DNA of 27,873 nt, from assembly GCA_964585175.1 (NCBI GenBank), contig CAZPCW010000024.1, positions 1 to 27,873 on the forward strand. The letters run 5' to 3'. Below, piece after piece: positions 22,303 to 27,873 of the stretch. This stretch comes from an uncultured Thermoplasmata archaeon (lineage in GTDB: Archaea; Thermoplasmatota; Thermoplasmata; Halarchaeoplasmatales; Halarchaeoplasmataceae). Position 1 is the first letter of the stretch; each line of letters begins with the position of its first letter. A program made the position numbers and the translations under genes. A model generated the notes under the pieces. The model saw only the letters and a list, made by a program, of their open reading frames with translations, did no database searches and was not told the origin of the DNA.

Positions 22303-24804
22303 TCACTCATCCTCCATGCTTATATCCGCTTTTTTCAGCCTATTAGAATTAGTTACAACGTTTATACTGGAGAAAGACATCGCCGCCATACCCATCAGTG
22401 GGTGTAGAAATCCTACGAAAGCCACCGGTATCGCGACCACGTTATAGAAGAAAGCCCATATGAGGTTCTGCTTTATCTTCCTAAAGGTCGCGTGGGAAAG
22501 CTTGACCGCTTTCACTACTGCGGAAAGATCACCTTCCACTAGAACGATATCACCGCTCTCTATCGCTATGTCGGTACCTGTACCTATAGCTATGCCTACA
22601 TTCGCCTGTTCCAGCGCCGGAGCGTCGTTGATACCGTCACCGACCATAGCCACGAGCTGACCTTGATCCTGCAGTTCTCTGACCTCTTCCACTTTCTCAT
22701 CCGGCATTACTTCCGCAAGAACTCTATCGATCCCTACCTGATCGGCTATAGCTCTGGCGGTCTCTTCGTTATCGCCGGTCAACATGACCGGTTCTAGACC
22801 TTGATCCTTCAGAGCTTTAATCGCTCGTTTCGAGTCCTCTTTGAGTTGATCCGCTATGCCTATCACTCCAAGAACTTGTCCTTCGACAGCCACGTAAACC
22901 GAGGTCTTAGCTTCTTTCTGAAGTTTTTTGAATTCACCGGTATAAGCACTTTCGACTCCGTACTCATCTAACAGAGCGGGTGTACCGACAAGGACCTCTT
23001 TGCCGTCTATTTCAGCTTTTATACCTTGACCGGTCACCGATTCGAAACTGTCGGGATCTTGCAGCGTCAAACCATTTTCTTTCGCCTTCTTCACTATCGC
23101 CTCTCCGAGAGGATGCTCAGAGCGCTGTTCGGCCGAAGCCGCATAGAGTAAAATATCGTCTTCAGAATCACCTATCACGTCTGTAACTCCGGGTTCTCCT
23201 TTTGTTATAGTACCGGTTTTATCAAGAACTATCGTCTTGATATCTTTCATCAGCTGGATAGACTCTCCTCTCCTGATGAGAACTCCGTTCTGGGCGCCTT
23301 TACCGCTTCCGACCATCAATGCTGTGGGTGTGGCTAATCCTAAAGCGCACGGACAAGCTATCACCAGTGTCGCTATCGCTGCGTAAAGCGCCAAAGATAA
23401 AGCTGTCAATTCCGGATTAACCCACGGCAAAAAGGCGTCCGCCCACGAGATTATAGAATGAAACGTGTCGGGAAATACCATCCAAGCTACGAACGCGGAA
23501 AGAGCTATGGTTATCACCGCGGGAACGAAGTACGATGTGATCTTGTCGGCGTAGGCTTGGATAGGCACTCTAGAGCCCTGGGCTTCCTCCACCATCTTGA
23601 TGACTTGTGATAAGAAAGTGTCTTTACCCACTTTTGTCGCCTCGACCGTTATCGAGCCCTCCTTATTGATCGTGGCTCCTATAACTTCGTCGCCCTCTTC
23701 CTTCTTAACGGGCATCGATTCGCCGGTCGCGATGGACTCGTCGACCGAGCTTTCCCCATCAAGAACTTTACCGTCGGTGGGTATCTTCTCTCCGGGTCTG
23801 ACTATCATCTTGTCCCCGATCTGTATCTTGTCAACGGGTATCTCCTGCTCTTCACCGTCTCTGATGACTCTAGCGGTTTTAGCTTCTAAAGTCATCAACT
23901 TCTTGATCGCCTGAGAAGCTTTACCTTTAGCTTTGTTCTCGATATATCTTCCTATAAGGTGGAAAGCGACTATCATGCCCGCTATACCGCCGTAGTTCAG
24001 TATCTCAAAACCGTAGCCGTAATAATTCAGGATCGCTATCAGACCTGTAGAATAAGCGGCCATAGAACCTAGCATGATAAGAGCGTCCATGTTCGGCGAG
24101 AGCTTAACTAGTGAACGGGCACCCGAATACATCGTCTCTCGACCTACAAAAAACAGGACCGGTGAAGCTAAAGCCACCAGGGCGATATCGTAGTACGGTC
24201 TTTGAAGGAGCGAATATCCTGCATAATTAGAGATGATTATAGCCATCATCGGTATGACGAAGGACCATGCGAGGTAGACTTTTCGTTTAGCGGTCTTAAC
24301 TTTTTCCAGATCCTTCTCGACTTTGTCTTTCTCCTCGTAATCCTCATCGAGCCAAGAATCCGGCACAGAATAACCGGTGTTCTCGACAGCCCTCACAAAG
24401 TCGCTCCTATGGACTTTCCCGGGTATATAATTGATCGTAGCTTTTTTAGTACTCAGGTTCACGTTAGCGGATATGACTCCGTCCAATTTCTCTAGAGCTT
24501 TCTGATTCGCCTGACTGCAGGACGCGCACGTCATGCCCTCGATAGGCATATCAACTCTTTCACCTTCTCCCAACGAATATCCCGCGTCCTCTACCGCTTC
24601 GGATATGTCGTCCATCCCTACCTGTGAAGTATCGTATTCAACAGATGCCTGTTCACTTCCGTAACTCACGTTGCTTTCATCCACACCATCCAGCTTATCT
24701 AAAGACTTCTCGATAGCTTGAGCGCAGCTGGCGCAGTGCATCCCCTCGATCGGGACATCTTTTTTCTGTTTTTCGTTCTCTTTTTCACTCATATTTTCAC
24801 CCAT
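22303..24804 (-). CDS. copA: Copper-translocating P1B-type ATPase with two N-terminal HMA domains
   Basis: GMHCASC and GMTCASC (HMA domains), [23 protein letters not shown]. Confidence 0.95.
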   Translation of the reverse strand: MGENMSEKENEKQKKDVPIEGMHCASCAQAIEKSLDKLDGVDESNVSYGSEQASVEYDTSQVGMDDISEAVEDAGYSLGEGERVDMPIEGMTCASCSQANQKALEKLDGVISANVNLSTKKATINYIPGKVHRSDFVRAVENTGYSVPDSWLDEDYEEKDKVEKDLEKVKTAKRKVYLAWSFVIPMMAIIISNYAGYSLLQRPYYDIALVALASPVLFFVGRETMYSGARSLVKLSPNMDALIMLGSMAAYSTGLIAILNYYGYGFEILNYGGIAGMIVAFHLIGRYIENKAKGKASQAIKKLMTLEAKTARVIRDGEEQEIPVDKIQIGDKMIVRPGEKIPTDGKVLDGESSVDESIATGESMPVKKEEGDEVIGATINKEGSITVEATKVGKDTFLSQVIKMVEEAQGSRVPIQAYADKITSYFVPAVITIALSAFVAWMVFPDTFHSIISWADAFLPWVNPELTALSLALYAAIATLVIACPCALGLATPTALMVGSGKGAQNGVLIRRGESIQLMKDIKTIVLDKTGTITKGEPGVTDVIGDSEDDILLYAASAEQRSEHPLGEAIVKKAKENGLTLQDPDSFESVTGQGIKAEIDGKEVLVGTPALLDEYGVESAYTGEFKKLQKEAKTSVYVAVEGQVLGVIGIADQLKEDSKRAIKALKDQGLEPVMLTGDNEETARAIADQVGIDRVLAEVMPDEKVEEVRELQDQGQLVAMVGDGINDAPALEQANVGIAIGTGTDIAIESGDIVLVEGDLSAVVKAVKLSHATFRKIKQNLIWAFFYNVVAIPVAFVGFLHPLMGMAAMSFSSINVVTNSNRLKKADISMEDE

Positions 24805-24828
24805 CTGATAAATAGAAAAAGGTTCACC

Positions 24829-24975
24829 CTAATCAAGGTATTCTTCTGGATTTTCCTCGAACAGGGTTTTACATCCAGGGGCACAGAAGTAGTAAGTCTC
24901 CCCCTCGTATTCCGTTTTGAACCTCGCTTCTTCCTCATCTACATCCATGCCGCATACGGGATCCGTTGCCATCAT
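24829..24975 (-). CDS. YHS/TRASH-domain small metal-binding protein (48 aa)
   Basis: Absent from the ORF track. Sequence MMATDPVCGMDVDEEEARFKTEYEGETYYFCAPGCKTLFEENPEEYLD matches the YHS pattern DPVCGM..Y.G..YYFC...C...F. It ends 24 nt upstream of copA, and TTTTATATG lies about 25 nt upstream of its ATG. Confidence 0.8.
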   Translation of the reverse strand: MMATDPVCGMDVDEEEARFKTEYEGETYYFCAPGCKTLFEENPEEYLD

Positions 24976-25070
24976 AACACCGTTATTACATTCTCATGCA
25001 TATAAAAGACGTTTCCGGTATACGAATGTAAAATAAAGAATGTCTAAAACTTACAAACGTTAAATTTAAA

Positions 25071-25715
25071 TTGTTAATAGTGCGTCTTTTAAATATGAAG
25101 CTTGACGAAATCGAGATGAAGATCCTTATCGAACTTCAAAAAGACGGGAGACTTTCCCGGAGATTATTGGCGGACAGAGTCGATGTCAGCACTCCTACCG
25201 TGAGTTCAAAGATAGAAAAGCTAGAAAACATGGGCATCATAGAAGGCTTTACCGTAGATATAGACCATAAAAAGATGGGTTTTCAAAAGTACTTCTTTAA
25301 GCTCGAAATCAACGGTATGTCTGAGGAAGAGATAAAGGGAATCTTTGACGATTCCGAACTATTCCGCAAAATAGAGAAACTGGAAGGGGCAGGATATCTG
25401 GTTACGCTTTTCATCAACGAGTTCAGCGAGCTCGATAAAGCTACTGAATATCTCGAAAAGAAGGCCGGATTGAAGATCGCCGATGTGTGGAGAGCGCAGG
25501 AGCACGAATCTAAATCTCCGAAGATACCGTTAGACGAAAACGTATCTCTCGATATCAGTTGTTACTACTGCAACAAACCGATCAAGGGAGAACCTGAAAA
25601 ATGGAAGAAAGACGGGAAGGAACATTACTTCTGCTGTCCCTCGTGTGAAGAGAAGTACGAAGAAAAATACGAGCGACTTCAGCAGAGGAAAAAAGAGATG
25701 AAAGGAGAAACCTAA
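25071..25715 (+). CDS. Lrp/AsnC-type HTH regulator with a C-terminal TRASH domain (CopR/CopT-like)
   Basis: MKLDEIEMKILIELQKDGRLS (AsnC-type HTH), and C-terminal CYYCNKPI..GKEHYFCCPSCEEKYEEKY (TRASH). Divergent from yhs-copA. The likely true start is ATG 25095, since the tracked start is TTG. Confidence 0.8.
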   Translation: MLIVRLLNMKLDEIEMKILIELQKDGRLSRRLLADRVDVSTPTVSSKIEKLENMGIIEGFTVDIDHKKMGFQKYFFKLEINGMSEEEIKGIFDDSELFRKIEKLEGAGYLVTLFINEFSELDKATEYLEKKAGLKIADVWRAQEHESKSPKIPLDENVSLDISCYYCNKPIKGEPEKWKKDGKEHYFCCPSCEEKYEEKYERLQQRKKEMKGET

Positions 25716-25914
25716 AGATACAAACTTTGTAAAATCAAAAACCGGATATCTATTTATCCGAAAAATTACTCTAGATAATCGTCCTATATACCTTTTAAAT
25801 TAAAAGAGAAAATCATACCTGAGTCGACTTGCCAAATGAGTTGCTCAACGACCAAAAAATACCTATATAGCAAATCAATTAATGGGTGAGCAGTAGATAT
25901 ATAGGTGACAAAAA

Positions 25915-27873
25915 ATGGCTGATGATGAAGAAGAAGGTCGTATCGAGTCCAGATTGGAAGGAGAAGACATATATTCTCCCCCAAAAGAGTTCGTGGAGCA
26001 GGCAAATGTAAGTGACCCTGACATATACGATTATGCGGAGGAGAATTATGAAGAGTTCTGGGCAGACAAGGCCGAAAGATTGGATTGGTATGAGAAGTGG
26101 GACGAAGTCCTGAATTGGGATGCACCCCATGCTGAGTGGTTTGTTAACGGAAAGTTGAACGTAAGCTACAACTGTATAGACAGGCATGTAGAGAACGGCA
26201 AAGGTGACAAGACCGCGATAATCTGGGAAGGCGAACCGCTTGAGGAGACTAAAAAGTACACGTTCAAAGAATTACAAGAAGAAGTATCCAAATTCGCCAA
26301 CGCCTTGAAAGACATGGGCGTTGAGAAGGGAGACATCGTAACGTTCTATCTCCCCATGGTCCCGGAACTAGCGATAGGCATTTTGGCTTGCTCAAGGATA
26401 GGCGCACCGCACAGTGTGGTATTCGGAGGATTTTCCCCATCGGCTCTGAACGAGAGGATCAACGACGCCGAAGCTAAAGTGCTAGTGACGGCAGACGGCT
26501 ATTACAGAAGAGGCGGCGAAATTGAGATGTGGGAAAAAGCCCAAGAAGGTATAGAAGGAGCTCCCTCATTGGAAAAAGTCGTCTGTGTAGACAGGCTAGA
26601 AAGAGACGATGTCGAACTTGACGGAGATAAAGAAGTTTATTATGATGATGTTGTAGAAGATCAACCTAATGAATGTGAACCCGAAAAGATGGATGCGGAG
26701 GACATGCTCTTCCTGATGTACACCAGTGGAACGACCGGAAAACCGAAAGGTGTTGTCCATACAACTGGAGGTTATCTCACTGGGGTTTCGGCGACGCATA
26801 ACTGGGTATTTGATATAAAAGATGATGATGTTTATTGGTGTACTGCTGACATCGGATGGATCACTGGTCACAGTTACATAGTTTATGGCCCCCTTGCTAA
26901 CGGATGTACGACTCTGATGTATGAGGGAACCCCCGATTATCCCGATAAAGATAGATTCTGGCAGATAGCCGAAGAACACGAAGTGAGTAAATTCTACACC
27001 GCGCCTACAGCGATAAGGATGTTCATGAAATGGGGTAAGGAGTATCCAGAAAAACATGATCTCTCTAACTTAGAAGTCCTAGGCAGCGTCGGAGAACCGA
27101 TCAATCCGAAAGCTTGGAAATGGTATCACGAACATATCGGCGGAGGCGAATGTCCGATAGTCGATACTTGGTGGCAGACCGAGACCGGGATGATGATGAT
27201 AACGCCGCTTCCGGGTATAACCGATCTCAAGCCAGGTAGCGCAACGAAACCTTTCCCGGGTCTTAAAGCCGACGTTGTCGACGAGGAAGGCAACAGCGTT
27301 GATACCAACGAAGGAGGTTATCTCGTCGTCAAGAGACCATGGCCGGCGATGCTCAGAACGCTCTACGACGAACCGGAGAGATACGTGAATACTTATTGGT
27401 CCGAATATGATGAAGAGACTTACTTCGCGGGCGACGGCGCCAGGATAGACGAAGATGGTTACTTTTGGGTCGTCGGTAGACTCGACGACGTGCTGAACGT
27501 TGCGGGACACAGATTGAGCACGATGGAGATGGAGAGCGCGCTTGTTGACCACGAAGCCGTCGCGGAAGCCGCGGTAGTAGGAAAACCCGACGAGATGAAA
27601 GGACAGGTTCCTGTAGGCTATGTGATACTAGAATCCGGCTACGAGCCGTCCGATGATCTATCGGAAGAATTGAGGGCCCATGTCGGAGAAATCATAGGAC
27701 CTATCGGAAAGCCTCACGCGGTGAGATTCAGCGACGATCTGCCGAAGACGCGTTCCGGAAAGATCATGAGAAGGATACTCAAGAAGTTAGAAAAAGGTGA
27801 ATCCGCGGGAGACACTTCTACCCTGAGGAATCCGGATATCGTCGAGCAGCTCAAGGAAAAAGTAAACGAGTAA
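25915..27873 (+). CDS. acs: Acetyl-CoA synthetase (AMP-forming)
   Basis: YTSGTTGKPKG, WWQTETG, and C-terminal PKTRSGKIMRR. 652 aa. AGGTGA lies 7 nt upstream of the ATG. Confidence 0.95.
   Translation: MADDEEEGRIESRLEGEDIYSPPKEFVEQANVSDPDIYDYAEENYEEFWADKAERLDWYEKWDEVLNWDAPHAEWFVNGKLNVSYNCIDRHVENGKGDKTAIIWEGEPLEETKKYTFKELQEEVSKFANALKDMGVEKGDIVTFYLPMVPELAIGILACSRIGAPHSVVFGGFSPSALNERINDAEAKVLVTADGYYRRGGEIEMWEKAQEGIEGAPSLEKVVCVDRLERDDVELDGDKEVYYDDVVEDQPNECEPEKMDAEDMLFLMYTSGTTGKPKGVVHTTGGYLTGVSATHNWVFDIKDDDVYWCTADIGWITGHSYIVYGPLANGCTTLMYEGTPDYPDKDRFWQIAEEHEVSKFYTAPTAIRMFMKWGKEYPEKHDLSNLEVLGSVGEPINPKAWKWYHEHIGGGECPIVDTWWQTETGMMMITPLPGITDLKPGSATKPFPGLKADVVDEEGNSVDTNEGGYLVVKRPWPAMLRTLYDEPERYVNTYWSEYDEETYFAGDGARIDEDGYFWVVGRLDDVLNVAGHRLSTMEMESALVDHEAVAEAAVVGKPDEMKGQVPVGYVILESGYEPSDDLSEELRAHVGEIIGPIGKPHAVRFSDDLPKTRSGKIMRRILKKLEKGESAGDTSTLRNPDIVEQLKEKVNE

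Noticed and set aside
22238-24495. Multiple plus-strand ORFs of 66-105 aa inside copA: 22238, 22460, 22980, 23597 and 24202. There are analogous antisense ORFs inside feoB, acs, purC, the ABC genes and elsewhere.
   Set aside because: All are antisense to long ORFs with unmistakable family motifs. They are typical shadow ORFs with Ser/Leu/Pro-rich composition.
24718-25005. 95-aa plus-strand ORF bridging the copA start and the intergenic region.
   Set aside because: It is antisense to the copA 5' end and to the 48-aa YHS gene, whose domain match is far more convincing.
25862-25905. Inverted repeat CCTATATA ... TATATAGG upstream of acs as a regulatory hairpin.
   Set aside because: Both arms are TATA-like AT-rich strings separated by about 28 nt. 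This is more simply read as one promoter TATA (25862-25869) plus chance symmetry next to the AGGTGA SD.

Overview
The window looks like an archaeal chromosomal segment. Supporting evidence: archaeal-type Pth2, DUF99 and UPF0201 genes; two tRNA genes with no encoded CCA and T-runs downstream; TATA-like boxes about 25-30 nt upstream of several starts; a mix of GGAGG-type SD-led and near-leaderless genes. Many proteins are visibly acidic. I cannot assign a lineage from sequence alone.

Nt 6276-27873 is mostly ordinary core and metal-homeostasis content:
- a dtxR-feoB-(small zinc ribbon)-dtxR operon
- a DUF2703-like Cys-rich protein
- tRNA-Val(CAC)
- UPF0201, a TIM-barrel isomerase, a CNNM/CBS protein, Pth2 and DUF99
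- a surface protein with a PGF-CTERM-like tail
- arsR-purE-purC
- a nitroreductase and an ABC-2 transporter pair
- tRNA-Glu(CUC)
- a cold-shock protein
- a cop cluster: Lrp/TRASH regulator, YHS protein, CopA and a SHOCT-like ORF
- acetyl-CoA synthetase

The unusual part is nt 1-6220. It holds a tandem, partly decayed array of a two-gene cassette. Gene A is a signal-anchored or lipoprotein-type, sequon-rich protein. Gene B is an HExxH zincin-like protein preceded by a thrombospondin-type-3-like Asp-rich repeat. The array has two intact-looking cassettes plus a third A gene followed only by a B remnant, and two further orphan fragments. The cassettes share a GC-richer, near-identical 5' module. 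The A/B junctions would need recoding to be read through: an in-frame TAA in two copies, and a canonical -1 slippery heptamer in another. The array is interrupted by an orphan P-loop ATPase/wHTH gene and by a toxin-antitoxin pair whose PIN toxin is decayed.

Other points worth a second look:
- three or four small genes below the ORF-track cutoff: a zinc ribbon after feoB, a YHS protein before copA, a 52-aa ORF and a SHOCT-like ORF with an in-frame TGA
- an att-like duplication of the 3' end of tRNA-Glu
- a two-copy tandem repeat of about 109 bp, built from three conserved hairpins, directly upstream of tRNA-Glu
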